Assembly: GCA_965223705.1 (NCBI GenBank)
Contig: OZ245015.1
Coordinates: forward strand, 2,496,001 to 2,560,000
Source: Myxococcota bacterium
Lineage (GTDB): Bacteria > Myxococcota_A > UBA9160 > UBA6930
Length of the DNA stretch: 64,000 nt
Reading direction: 5' to 3'
Under the pieces are notes generated by a model. The model ran no database searches and was not told where the DNA came from. It saw only the letters and a list, made by a program, of their open reading frames with translations. Each line of letters starts with the position of its first letter. Within the stretch, counting starts at the first letter, position 1. The position numbers and the translations under genes are program-made. Of this stretch, positions 8,930-18,744 are shown one piece after another.

Positions 8930-11260
8930 ATGACTTCTTCGAATTCTCACGTCTCGGCGTTCGATCGCGCCGTGATCCGATACACCGGAGCGATCCTGCG
9001 GAATCGCTGGTGGGTCGTCTTCGTCACCATCGGTGCGGGGATTCTGCTCGCAGCAGGCGCTACCAAGCTCACGATCCGCGGCGACTACCGGTACAACTTC
9101 GGGGAGAACAACCCGCAACTCGCAGCTTTTGAGGCGTTGCAAGCGACCTACACCAAGAGCGACAGCGTCCTCTTCGCCGTCCTCCCGAAAGACGGCGACG
9201 TCTTTCGACCTTCGGTCATTCGCGCAGTTGCGGAACTCACCGAGGCCGGTTGGCAGATCCCGTATTCGATCCGCGTCGACTCGATCACGAACTACCAGCA
9301 CACCTACGCCGAGGCAGACGATCTCGTGGTCGGCGACCTCGTCGAAGACCCGACGCAGCTCGATGCTGCGACGCTCGAGCACGTCCGCCAGGTATCCCTC
9401 GCAGAGCCCCTCCTGCGCGGCCGGTTGATCTCCGACGACGGTCGTTCAACGGCTGTGAACGTCACCATTCAGCTTCCGGACGATACCCAGAGCCACGAGC
9501 GCGGCGTGCTCAACGTGGCGAAGCAAATGGTTGCCGACTTGGAAGAGCGGTATCCGGACATCGATTTTGCCCTCACCGGCATCATCACGTTGTCGGCGGC
9601 CATCAATGAGATCGCCGAAGACGATCTTCGGACCCTTCTGCCACTGATGTATGGCGTCATCGTTCTCTCGATGGCCCTGTTCCTGCGCTCACTCTGGGGA
9701 ACGGTCATCACGACGCTCGTCGTCGGCTTGTCGGCGAGTACTGCGATGGGTGCGGCGGGGTGGCTCGGCATCCCGCTCACACCACAGGCGGTCACAGCGC
9801 CCACCATTGTTTTGACCGTCGCGATCGCCGATGGCGTTCACGTCCTCGTCAGTCTCGCGAAGGGCCGACACGCGGGTCTCTCGAAGGAGGCGGCACTCAT
9901 CGAGAGCATGCGGCTCAACATGGGCCCGATCTTCCTGACGAGCCTCACGACGGGAATCGGTTTTCTGAGTCTGAACTTCAGCGATGCCCCGCCTTTTGCG
10001 GACCTCGGCAACATCACGACCATGGGCGTCTTCGCGGCCTGGGTCTACTCCGTGACGCTGTTGCCCGCTCTCGTCATGATCGTCCCCTACCGCGCATCGC
10101 AGCGCTCGGGCGCGCTCTCTCTCGCGCGTTTCGCCGACTGGCTCGTGCGTTTCCGCCATCGCGTGCTGGCAGGCTGCATCGCGACGACCGTCGTTCTGGG
10201 CGCCATGATTCCGCGCATCGAATTGAACGACATGTTCCTCGAGTTCTTCGATCGAGGGATCGCGTTCCGCGACGACACCGATCTCATTCGCGAACGACTC
10301 ACCGGCATGTATCAGATCAATTTCTCCCTGGCGAGTGGCGAAGCCCAGGGAATCAGCGAACCGGCGTACTTGAGCGACGTGGACCGGTTCGCCCAGTGGC
10401 TCCGCGCGCAGCCCGAAGTCATGCACGTCGCCGTGTTCTCGGACATCCAGAAACGCTTGAACCGCAACATGCACGGGGACGAGCCCTCGTGGCACCGGCT
10501 GCCGGACCAGCGCGAACTCGCGGCGCAGTACCTCCTCCTCTACGAGATGTCCCTGCCCTACGGTCTCGACTTGAACAATCAGGTCAACATCGACAAGTCC
10601 GCTACGAAAGTCACCGCGACGCTGACCAATCTCACCGCGCGGGAACTTCGCGAGATCGACGATCGCTCGCAGGCGTGGCTCGCGGAAAACGCGCCGGCAC
10701 CCATGGGCGGAAACAGCAGCGGGACGTCGCTGATGTTCGCCCATCTCTCGAAGCGCAACATCGAAGGCATGTTGCGGGGTACGACCGTCGCGTTTGCGCT
10801 GATCTCGATCACCCTCATGGTGTTTCTGCGGAGCCTCAGCTTGGGACTGCTGAGTCTGATCCCGAATATCGTTCCCACAGCCATTGCCTTCGGCATCTGG
10901 GCTCTCTTGGTGGGCCAAGTGGGCTTTGCCGTTGCCATGGTCACCGCATGCAGTCTCGGAATCATCGTGGACGCGACCGTGCACTTCCTGAGCAAGTACT
11001 TGCGCGCTCGGCGGGAGAACAACGCGTCTGCCGAAGACGGCGTGCGCTACGCACTCGAAACCGTGGGCTCCGCTCTCATCGTGACCTTCCTGATCTTGTT
11101 GATCGGGTTCTCGGTGCTCGCGTTTTCGCCGTTCCGGCCGAACGCGGTGCTCGGGCAGCTGATCACGATCACCATCGGAGCTGCGCTCCTCGCGGACTTC
11201 TTCCTACTGCCCACGCTTCTCATGCTGGTCGACCGCAGGAGTCGGGGACGCCCCGCCTAG
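8930..11260 (+). CDS. MMPL/RND family transporter
   Basis: Two repeats of TM, large periplasmic loop and TM bundle; IADGVH and GIIVDATVHF motifs; alternative GTG start at 8897. Confidence 0.85.
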   Translation: MTSSNSHVSAFDRAVIRYTGAILRNRWWVVFVTIGAGILLAAGATKLTIRGDYRYNFGENNPQLAAFEALQATYTKSDSVLFAVLPKDGDVFRPSVIRAVAELTEAGWQIPYSIRVDSITNYQHTYAEADDLVVGDLVEDPTQLDAATLEHVRQVSLAEPLLRGRLISDDGRSTAVNVTIQLPDDTQSHERGVLNVAKQMVADLEERYPDIDFALTGIITLSAAINEIAEDDLRTLLPLMYGVIVLSMALFLRSLWGTVITTLVVGLSASTAMGAAGWLGIPLTPQAVTAPTIVLTVAIADGVHVLVSLAKGRHAGLSKEAALIESMRLNMGPIFLTSLTTGIGFLSLNFSDAPPFADLGNITTMGVFAAWVYSVTLLPALVMIVPYRASQRSGALSLARFADWLVRFRHRVLAGCIATTVVLGAMIPRIELNDMFLEFFDRGIAFRDDTDLIRERLTGMYQINFSLASGEAQGISEPAYLSDVDRFAQWLRAQPEVMHVAVFSDIQKRLNRNMHGDEPSWHRLPDQRELAAQYLLLYEMSLPYGLDLNNQVNIDKSATKVTATLTNLTARELREIDDRSQAWLAENAPAPMGGNSSGTSLMFAHLSKRNIEGMLRGTTVAFALISITLMVFLRSLSLGLLSLIPNIVPTAIAFGIWALLVGQVGFAVAMVTACSLGIIVDATVHFLSKYLRARRENNASAEDGVRYALETVGSALIVTFLILLIGFSVLAFSPFRPNAVLGQLITITIGAALLADFFLLPTLLMLVDRRSRGRPA

Positions 11261-11280
11261 CCGCCGAGGGCCGCGCAGCG

Positions 11281-12132
11281 GTGTGGCTCGCCGCTTGTGT
11301 CGCCGCACTCAGCGGGAGCTGCGGCCCCTCCGACACGTCCGTCGTAAGCCCCGCTGCTTCGCCGCCCCCGAAAGTGTCGACACCGATCGATCGGGACGCG
11401 CTGCGTGTCGCCGCCGCGCACTACGCGGCCGCCTTTCAGGCGAGCGCCGAGCAGGCTCCCTTCCGCATGGCGCGAGCGGATTTCGACGGCGACGGCCGTA
11501 CCGACGTGCTCGCCTACTTCGCGGACCCGCACTGGTGCGACGAGCGCGGCTGCCGCGCCGCCATCTTTCAATCGACGCCAGAAGGGATGCGGCTGATTTC
11601 GGATTTCCCGTCCTTGCGCCCGCCTTTTTTCCTCAGTTGGCGCATGAATTCGCTGTGGAGAGATCTCTATGCGTGGGACGGCGGCGAGGCTGACGAGGAG
11701 CCGCCGCTCGCTCGGGCACGCGTTCTGCGGTTTGCAGGGCGCGGCTACTGGCGGCACCCGCGCCTCCGGGAGCGAGACGATCCGCCTCCCGAGCGCGCCC
11801 GAGGCGAGTGGTTGCGTTTCGAAACCGAGCCCTTCACCCCGATGGAGCGACTCGTGGGCCAGCTCCGAGTCGGGCGCAAGTTCCAGGGGTTTCGCGTCTG
11901 CGGTGAAGATTGGAGCTGGGCCCACGACGCGACGGTGTACGGCTTCGAAGACGCGTTCGCCGCTCATGAACTTCCGATGCACCGCGCGGCGCTCGTCGAA
12001 GTCGACGCGACGCGGCACCCGCACCCTCCGCGCTGCGAGGTGTGTCAACGATTCTCCGTCTCGGTCACGGTCTTTCGCGTGCGGGGTGTCGCCGGGGACG
12101 ACACGGCGTGCCCCGGCCCACCGACCTCGTGA
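11281..12132 (+). CDS. Hypothetical lipoprotein-like protein (start uncertain)
   Basis: 3' part of ORF 9760-12132; hydrophobic stretch ending in SGSC, DFDGDGRTD motif and C-x4-C. Confidence 0.5.
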   Translation: MWLAACVAALSGSCGPSDTSVVSPAASPPPKVSTPIDRDALRVAAAHYAAAFQASAEQAPFRMARADFDGDGRTDVLAYFADPHWCDERGCRAAIFQSTPEGMRLISDFPSLRPPFFLSWRMNSLWRDLYAWDGGEADEEPPLARARVLRFAGRGYWRHPRLRERDDPPPERARGEWLRFETEPFTPMERLVGQLRVGRKFQGFRVCGEDWSWAHDATVYGFEDAFAAHELPMHRAALVEVDATRHPHPPRCEVCQRFSVSVTVFRVRGVAGDDTACPGPPTS

Positions 12133-12869
12133 TGCGGTAGATAAGCGCGTGCGCGAGCGAACACGGCGTCGCCGAACGTCCCGGGGATGAGTTCGAAATC
12201 GCGCGCGAAACACTCGAGGAGAGCAGCCCCGACCTGCTCGACGGTCGCTCCTTGGCTTTCCTCGGCGACGAAACCGATCGTCTCGGGCCGCATGGGGTAG
12301 TCGAGAGCTCGGTAGACCGCCTCGAGCAGTGCGCGCGTTTCGGCGGCGGCGCCGACCGTGATGACACCCCCGACGTGAGCGGCACCGGTGACGACCCGTT
12401 GCCCCACCCCCATGAGCTTGACCACTCCGCGCGCGTTCACGCTGTGGGATCCCGGGCAATATTCTCCGGCGACCTCGCCGATCTGCGCGTCGACGCCCAG
12501 AGCGCGCAGGGCCGCGACTACGATTCCCGCCATGCTCGCGAAACGGGCTTCGATCCCCTGCCGCGGCCGCGCTTCCGGCGTCGCCCAGGCGAATGCCACG
12601 CTCTCCCGGGTGAACGCCGCCGCACGCCCCCCAGCGAGACGGATCACCGACTGGAAGCCGGCTTCGCGCGCGATATCGCGAGCCGCCGCAAACCCGGGTC
12701 GTCGGGCGTCGGAAACCGAGAAGGCCAGAATGTTGTGAGGTCTGTAGACGCGTAAGGAGGCCGGTCGCTCGCCATCGGCCACTTCGGCGAGCAGCGCGCG
12801 GGAGACCGCCATATCGAGGGCGGCGGGCCCCGCGATACTCGCCCGAAGCACCTCGATCGCCGACGCCAT
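12045..12869 (-). CDS. Lipoate-protein ligase A family protein
   Basis: RLAGGRA, GEYCPG and KLMGVGQR motifs. Confidence 0.8.
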   Translation of the reverse strand: MASAIEVLRASIAGPAALDMAVSRALLAEVADGERPASLRVYRPHNILAFSVSDARRPGFAAARDIAREAGFQSVIRLAGGRAAAFTRESVAFAWATPEARPRQGIEARFASMAGIVVAALRALGVDAQIGEVAGEYCPGSHSVNARGVVKLMGVGQRVVTGAAHVGGVITVGAAAETRALLEAVYRALDYPMRPETIGFVAEESQGATVEQVGAALLECFARDFELIPGTFGDAVFARARAYLPHHEVGGPGHAVSSPATPRTRKTVTETENR

Positions 12870-12904
12870 GCGGTCAAGATAGCCCGCGGGCGTATACTGC
12901 GGCG

Positions 12905-13264
12905 ATGGGCGCCATCCGCGGCTACCACGCGCACGTCTACTACGACGCCGCGACTCGCGACGCAGCAGCGTCCGTTCGCACATCGCTCGATGAGCGGTTC
13001 TCGGTGGAACTGGGCCGCTGGCGCGAGGAGCCCGTGGGACCTCACCCGGTCGCGATGTATCAGGTCAAATTCTCGACCGAGACCTTCGGCCGACTCGTCC
13101 CGTGGCTGTCCCTCAATCACCGCGGCCTCTCGGTGCTCATCCATCCCGATACCGGTCGTGCCCTCGAAGACCACACCGAGCACGCGCTCTGGCTCGGACC
13201 TCAGCTCGAGCTGCGGACCGACGTGTTCGATGCATCACCCCGAAGTACGGAGGCCTCATCGTGA
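12905..13264 (+). CDS. DOPA 4,5-dioxygenase family protein
   Basis: YHAHVYY, VGPHP, LSVLIHP and DHTEHALWLG motifs. Confidence 0.85.
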   Translation: MGAIRGYHAHVYYDAATRDAAASVRTSLDERFSVELGRWREEPVGPHPVAMYQVKFSTETFGRLVPWLSLNHRGLSVLIHPDTGRALEDHTEHALWLGPQLELRTDVFDASPRSTEASS

Positions 13265-14157
13265 CCGATTCCAATTTCGGCCCGAGCCAACTCGGCTACC
13301 TGGGTTTCAGCGTGACCGACCTCGACGCTTGGGAGCGGTTCTCCGCCGAGGTGCTCGGTCTCGAGAGCCGCGGTCGCGATGACGAAGGAACCCTCCGCGT
13401 GCGCATGGACGGCCACCACCACCGCTTTCTTTTCTTCGAGGGCAGCGAAGACGATCTTTCGCTGATCGGCTGGGAGACGGCGGATCAGGCGTCACTCGAC
13501 GCCCTCGCGGCTCGGCTCGAATCCGCCGGCGTCGCCGTGCGCCGCGGCGATGCCGAGGCGCGCAACCGGCGGTTGGTGGTCGACCTGATCGAGTTCGTCG
13601 ATCCCAATGGGATCAAGAGCGAAGCGTACTGCGGCCCCCTCGTGTCGCGGGACCGGCCCTTCCAGTCGAAGCGACCCATCGGCCGCTTTGTGGCCGACCA
13701 CCTGGGCCTGGGCCACATCACGATGAGCGTGAACTCCCTCGACGAGAGCTTGCATTTCTACCGAGACGTGATCGGGATGCGCCTCACGGACTGGGTGAGG
13801 CCGCAACCGGAGCGCGGCGTCGAGTCCAAGCTCAATCTGGCGTTCCTGCATTGCAACCCGCGCCACCATTCCCTGGCCTTCTGGGAAGTGCCGACGCCGA
13901 AGCGACTCCACCACTTCATGATCCAAGTCGAGCGGCTCGATGATGTGGGCAGCACGTATGATCTCTGTCACGATGAAGGAGTCCCGATCGAGCTCTCCCT
14001 CGGGCGACACACCAATGACGAGATGCTGTCGTTCTACATGGTTTCTCCGTCCGGGTTCGCCGTCGAATACGGTTGGGGCGGTCTCGAGGTGGACGAGAGC
14101 CATTGGCAGGTTCAACTGCATACCACCGGGAGCAGCTGGGGCCACAAACACGGTTGA
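13261..14157 (+). CDS. Type I extradiol ring-cleavage dioxygenase (BphC/HsaC-like)
   Basis: GLGH, FLHCNPRHHS, LHHFM, LGRHTND and SFY..SPSGFAVEYG motifs; GTGA overlap with upstream gene. Confidence 0.9.
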   Translation: MTDSNFGPSQLGYLGFSVTDLDAWERFSAEVLGLESRGRDDEGTLRVRMDGHHHRFLFFEGSEDDLSLIGWETADQASLDALAARLESAGVAVRRGDAEARNRRLVVDLIEFVDPNGIKSEAYCGPLVSRDRPFQSKRPIGRFVADHLGLGHITMSVNSLDESLHFYRDVIGMRLTDWVRPQPERGVESKLNLAFLHCNPRHHSLAFWEVPTPKRLHHFMIQVERLDDVGSTYDLCHDEGVPIELSLGRHTNDEMLSFYMVSPSGFAVEYGWGGLEVDESHWQVQLHTTGSSWGHKHG

Positions 14158-14160
14158 GCC

Positions 14161-15420
14161 ATGACGGATTACAGCCACCTCGTCGATCTCGAAAACAACA
14201 CCGTGAGCCCGCTGGCCTTCTCGGACGAAGACGTCTACCGCGTCGAGCAGGAGAAAGTCTTCGGACGCTGCTGGCTTTTCGTCGGCCACGAATCGCAACT
14301 CGAACAACCGGGCGATTTCGTCTCGACGTTCATGGGCGAGGAGCCCGTCATTCTCCTGCGCGATCGCAACGGCGAGATCCGCGCTTTTCTGAACTCTTGC
14401 CGCCACCGCGGTGTGAAGATCTGCCGGGTCGATACGGGCCGCGCCAAGGTCTTCACCTGTCCGTACCACGGGTGGAGCTACGACACCGAGGGCAACTTGG
14501 TCGGCGTTCCGCAGCTGCGGACCGCGTACCACGACGAGCTCGACAAGTCGAAGTGGGGGCTCATCGAAGTTCCCCGCGTCGAGTCTCACGCCGGGCTGGT
14601 CTTCGCGTGCTTCGACGCCGAGGCGCAGAGCCTCTCCGACTATCTGGGCGAGATGAAATGGTATCTCGACATGATCCTGCGCCGCTCGAAGGCCGGAACC
14701 ATCGTGACGCCCGGCGTGCACCGTTGGCGTCTCGGGGGCAACTGGAAGCTCGCCGCCGAGCAGTTCGGAGGCGACAACTATCACACCGGTGCGCTCCACC
14801 GGAGCATGGTGCAGATCGGGCTCGGTCCCGAAGGCGACTATCGCGGAGACCACCCCTGGGAGCGCGATTTCGAAGTCAAGTGCGATCACGGACACGGGTG
14901 GATCAACTTCGACGTGCCCATGGGCGAAGTGCCACCGGTGCAAGAAAAATTCATGGCCCGGATCCAGGAAGAGGCGAACGAAACGCTATCGCCCGAACAG
15001 GCGAGTCTGATCAACACCGTCCAGGTCGGCACGATCTTTCCGAATTTCTCGATCCTCGGGTTCCTGGGCTTTACGACCATCCGGGCCTGGCACCCCCGCG
15101 GACCGCGTGCGATGGACGTTTGGTCCTACGCCTTGATCGAACGCGACGCACCGCCCGAGGTTCTAGAAATCACTCGAAAGATGCAGGTCTTAACCTTCGG
15201 TCCTTCTGGAATTTTCGAACAGGACGACGGATGCGTGTGGGGCGAGGCCGTCGACGTGATGGGCGGTGTCCAGCGGCGGAATCACCCCTTGAACTATCAG
15301 ATGGGCGCCGGCCACGGGAAGAGGATGCCGGGCCGACCGGGCCTGGTCCATCCCCCCTCGACCGAGCTCCCGGTGTTCGGGCTCCACGAATACTGGCGCG
15401 AACTCATGGGGCGCCCGTAG
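14161..15420 (+). CDS. Rieske ring-hydroxylating dioxygenase alpha subunit
   Basis: CRHRG...CPYHGW Rieske motif; NWK..AEQF..DNYH....H and EQDD mononuclear Fe site. Confidence 0.95.
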   Translation: MTDYSHLVDLENNTVSPLAFSDEDVYRVEQEKVFGRCWLFVGHESQLEQPGDFVSTFMGEEPVILLRDRNGEIRAFLNSCRHRGVKICRVDTGRAKVFTCPYHGWSYDTEGNLVGVPQLRTAYHDELDKSKWGLIEVPRVESHAGLVFACFDAEAQSLSDYLGEMKWYLDMILRRSKAGTIVTPGVHRWRLGGNWKLAAEQFGGDNYHTGALHRSMVQIGLGPEGDYRGDHPWERDFEVKCDHGHGWINFDVPMGEVPPVQEKFMARIQEEANETLSPEQASLINTVQVGTIFPNFSILGFLGFTTIRAWHPRGPRAMDVWSYALIERDAPPEVLEITRKMQVLTFGPSGIFEQDDGCVWGEAVDVMGGVQRRNHPLNYQMGAGHGKRMPGRPGLVHPPSTELPVFGLHEYWRELMGRP

Positions 15421-15920
15421 TGCGCGACGACCACGCCCTGCGCCACGAGTTCGAAGCGCTCTTCATCGAAGAAGCCTGGCTACTCGACAACGACGGATTC
15501 GAGAAGTGGCTCGAGCTCTTCGACGGTGGGACGCGGTACTGGGCTCCCGTCCGGGCGAACGTCAGTCGCGGCGAGGAAGACTTCGACGAACCCCACCTGC
15601 TCGCGCACTTTGACGAGTCGAAAGAAACGCTCGAACTGCGCGTCAAGAGACTGCGGACCGGGAACGCTCACGCCGAGGAGCCCCCGTCGCGAACACGGCA
15701 CTTCGTATCGAACGTGCGCATTCTCGAGACGGAGGGTGACGACCGCGTTCGTGTCGGATCGAATTTCATCGTGTTTCGCAGTCGTCCGGGTCGCGAGGAG
15801 TATCTGTTCGTCGGCACGCGAATCGATTGGTGGCAACGCCAAAACGGAAGTTGGAAGAATCTCGAACGCATGATTGTCTTCGATCACGACGTGATCGAGA
15901 ACATCACGTTGTTCTACTAG
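15420..15920 (+). CDS. Ring-hydroxylating dioxygenase beta subunit
   Basis: EAWLLD...W, RVKRL.TG..HAEEPPSRTRHFVSNV; GTG overlaps the alpha-subunit stop. Confidence 0.9.
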   Translation: MRDDHALRHEFEALFIEEAWLLDNDGFEKWLELFDGGTRYWAPVRANVSRGEEDFDEPHLLAHFDESKETLELRVKRLRTGNAHAEEPPSRTRHFVSNVRILETEGDDRVRVGSNFIVFRSRPGREEYLFVGTRIDWWQRQNGSWKNLERMIVFDHDVIENITLFY

Positions 15921-15928
15921 GAGCGTCT

Positions 15929-16732
15929 ATGCGAGCTCTACCTCTGTTTGACCTCACCGGTCGCACAGCTCTTGTGACGGGCGGCGCGAAAGGGATCGGT
16001 CAGGGAATCGCCGAGAACCTGGCCATCGCCGGCGCGTCCGTGATGGTGGGCGACGTCGACGTCGAGGCCGCAGTGGCCACGGCGAAGGGCATCGAAGAAG
16101 CCGGCGGCCGAGCGGCCTCGGTCGCTCTCGACGTGTCGGATCCGGCGGCAGCCACCGCCGCATGCGAGGCGACCTGCGACGTGTTCGGCGGCCTCGACAT
16201 TCTCGTCAACAACGCCGCCATCTATCCCATGAGCCCGATCTCGGAGATGAGCCTCGACCTTTGGGACCGCGTTCTGGGAATCAATCTGCGCGGGGTTTTC
16301 CTGATGACGAAGGCCGCCGTTCCCGAACTGATCCGGGCCGGCCGCGCCGGACGCCTCATCAATGTCTCGTCGATCAATACGTGGAAGAGCTATGTCGGAA
16401 TGGCCCACTACGACGCAAGTAAAGGCGGGCTCGAGGCCTTCACGCGCTCGTGCGCACTCGAGTACGCCGAGCACGGAGTCACGGCGAACGTCGTCGCTCC
16501 GGGTGCTGTCAAGACGCCGGGGTCGCTCGCCGTGCGGGGAAATCTCGCGAAAGAGCGGGGCGATCCAAACACCGATCAAGTCGACGCCGATTTCGCGAGC
16601 CGCATTCCGCTCGGCGATTGGGCGTCACCGGACATGATCGGCCAAGCGACCCTCCTCCTCGCGACGCCTGCCGCTCACTACATCACGGGCCAGACCATCT
16701 ACGTCGATGGCGGGCTCAAGTTGACGATCTGA
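15929..16732 (+). CDS. SDR oxidoreductase (candidate cis-dihydrodiol dehydrogenase)
   Basis: TGGAKGIG, NNAA and YDASK motifs; operon context. Confidence 0.8.
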   Translation: MRALPLFDLTGRTALVTGGAKGIGQGIAENLAIAGASVMVGDVDVEAAVATAKGIEEAGGRAASVALDVSDPAAATAACEATCDVFGGLDILVNNAAIYPMSPISEMSLDLWDRVLGINLRGVFLMTKAAVPELIRAGRAGRLINVSSINTWKSYVGMAHYDASKGGLEAFTRSCALEYAEHGVTANVVAPGAVKTPGSLAVRGNLAKERGDPNTDQVDADFASRIPLGDWASPDMIGQATLLLATPAAHYITGQTIYVDGGLKLTI

Positions 16733-17754
16733 TGGTGTTGCCCGTCGATCGACACGAGGTCCGCGCCTGGGCGCGGGAACATATGCGCGGCGTCGCCAAT
16801 GTCGTCATCCCGACCTGTACCAGCGACTTGGCATCGCTCAACGAAGCGGCGATCCGGCACGACATCCGGCGCGAAGTCGAGCTCGGTTTTTGGGGCACCC
16901 TCCTCGTCTCCGAAGTGGCGGTGACACCCGAGGAGTACGCGAGCTTCACGCAGTGGGCGGCCGAGGAAGCGGCGGGAGCCCTGCGACTGATTCACCACGC
17001 GAGCGGAAACACCCTGGCGGACAACATCGCGTTGGCGAAGCAGACCCAGGCCCGCGGCGCGGATCTCGCTCTGTTGGGCTACCCGCCGAACTTCTATCCG
17101 AAGACCTCTGAGGAGATCTACGCGTACACGCGATCGTTCTGTGACGCCGTCGACTTGGGCGTCATCCTCTTTCCGGTTCCGCTCTGGGGGTTCGAACGCA
17201 TTCATCCCTCGGCGGGCTTCGGACCCGATTTGATCGAGCGGCTCCTCGACGATTGCCCGAACATCGTCGCCATCAAAGCGGAAGGCGGAATGCCCGCTGT
17301 GAGTGGCTTCATCGACGTCTACCGGCGCTTTTCGGATCGTGTCCATGTCATCGAGCCGATCGAGTCAAACGGCATCCCGCTGGCCACCGTCCTCGACATG
17401 CCGTTCATGGGGACGAGCAACTACGAGTACTACGGCGGAGAAATCCCCCGCATCTTTTCCCTCGTCGGCGCGGGTCATCACGACGAAGCGATGGACGCGT
17501 ACTGGCGCCTCCACGCAGCGCGGCGCGCGAACACGCAAGCGATGTCGCACCTCGCGGGCTCGAATTTCTTGCACCGCATGTTGTGGAAGTACCAGGGCTG
17601 GCTCAACGGCTGGAACGGCGGGCCGCTGCGCGCGCCGACCATGCGGCTAAACGACGGGCAGATGGGTGCGCTTCGCGCGGGCCTCGTCGCCGCCGGTCTT
17701 CCGGTGACCGACGACGAGGACGCCGCGTTTTTCGTCGGACGCAATCCCAAGTAA
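16732..17754 (+). CDS. DHDPS/NAL-family aldolase (candidate hydratase-aldolase)
   Basis: NIVAIKAEGG Schiff-base Lys region, GADLALLGYPP and GPLRAP motifs. Confidence 0.7.
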   Translation: MVLPVDRHEVRAWAREHMRGVANVVIPTCTSDLASLNEAAIRHDIRREVELGFWGTLLVSEVAVTPEEYASFTQWAAEEAAGALRLIHHASGNTLADNIALAKQTQARGADLALLGYPPNFYPKTSEEIYAYTRSFCDAVDLGVILFPVPLWGFERIHPSAGFGPDLIERLLDDCPNIVAIKAEGGMPAVSGFIDVYRRFSDRVHVIEPIESNGIPLATVLDMPFMGTSNYEYYGGEIPRIFSLVGAGHHDEAMDAYWRLHAARRANTQAMSHLAGSNFLHRMLWKYQGWLNGWNGGPLRAPTMRLNDGQMGALRAGLVAAGLPVTDDEDAAFFVGRNPK

Positions 17755-17757
17755 ACG

Positions 17758-18744
17758 ATGACGCTCATTCTCGGCCCCGACGAAGTTGCCGCGGCGACGA
17801 ACATGCCGGAGATGATCGACGTCATCGAGGCGGGCTTGCGGGAACAAGCCGCAGGCGCGGTGGAGATGCCGGCTCGCATGAATCTCGCGACGAACCGCGG
17901 GTTCTTTCGGGTGATGCCCGCGGTCATGAAGAGCTCCGGCGTGATGGGCGTCAAAATCTTCAACGGCTCCGTCGAAGACGGCGTCCGCTACCTCATCGCG
18001 ATCTACGACGAAGGCGGCGGTCAGCTCCTCTGTCTACTCGACGCGGCGTACCTGACCGGCGCGCGGACGGGTGCGACGACAGGCATCGCCACGCGTTACC
18101 AGGCGCGCGAGAACGCGAAGGTTGTCGGAGTCATCGGCTCCGGCCTCGAAGCGCGCACGAACCTGGCGGCGGTCTGCGCCGTGCGGGGCATCGAACGCGG
18201 GCGCGTCTTCTCTCCGAACCCGTCGCGGCGCGGCAAGTTCGCCGAGGAAACGTCTGCGCGACACGGGATCGACATGGTCGCCGCCGACTCACCGGAAGCA
18301 GCGGTCGCCGGGGCGGACATCGTCGTCGTCGCCACGAACACGACCGGCGCGCCCGACCCCATCGCGTACCGCGGTGCCTGGATGGAGCCCTCCCAGCACG
18401 TGAATTCCATCGGGTCGACCGGTGGCCACTTGCGAGAAATCGATACCGAGACCTTCGCGCGAGCGGACCGCATCGCCGTCGATTCCCAAGTCCAGGTCGA
18501 AGGAGAATCGGGAGACGTCCTCGACGCGATCGCCGCCGGTACGTGGGACGCGGCGAAAGTCACCGAGCTCACGAGTCTTGTGACCGGCGCGGCCGGTCGC
18601 AAGGCGGAAGCGGAAGTGACGCTATTCAAGTCCGTCGGTACAGCCGTTCAGGACGTGATGTCCGGCTACGCCGTATACCTCGAGGCGCGGCGCCGCGGCT
18701 TGGGCCACGACGTCGGAGCGTTTCTCGAACACAAGCTCTTCTAG
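17758..18744 (+). CDS. Ornithine cyclodeaminase/mu-crystallin family (imine reductase-like)
   Basis: LTGARTGA, IGSGLEA and FKSVGTAVQD motifs. Confidence 0.85.
   Translation: MTLILGPDEVAAATNMPEMIDVIEAGLREQAAGAVEMPARMNLATNRGFFRVMPAVMKSSGVMGVKIFNGSVEDGVRYLIAIYDEGGGQLLCLLDAAYLTGARTGATTGIATRYQARENAKVVGVIGSGLEARTNLAAVCAVRGIERGRVFSPNPSRRGKFAEETSARHGIDMVAADSPEAAVAGADIVVVATNTTGAPDPIAYRGAWMEPSQHVNSIGSTGGHLREIDTETFARADRIAVDSQVQVEGESGDVLDAIAAGTWDAAKVTELTSLVTGAAGRKAEAEVTLFKSVGTAVQDVMSGYAVYLEARRRGLGHDVGAFLEHKLF

Noticed and set aside
9760..11280. N-terminal 500 aa of ORF 9760-12132
   Set aside because: Out-of-frame overlap with the MMPL gene; only the part after about 11281 looks like a real protein
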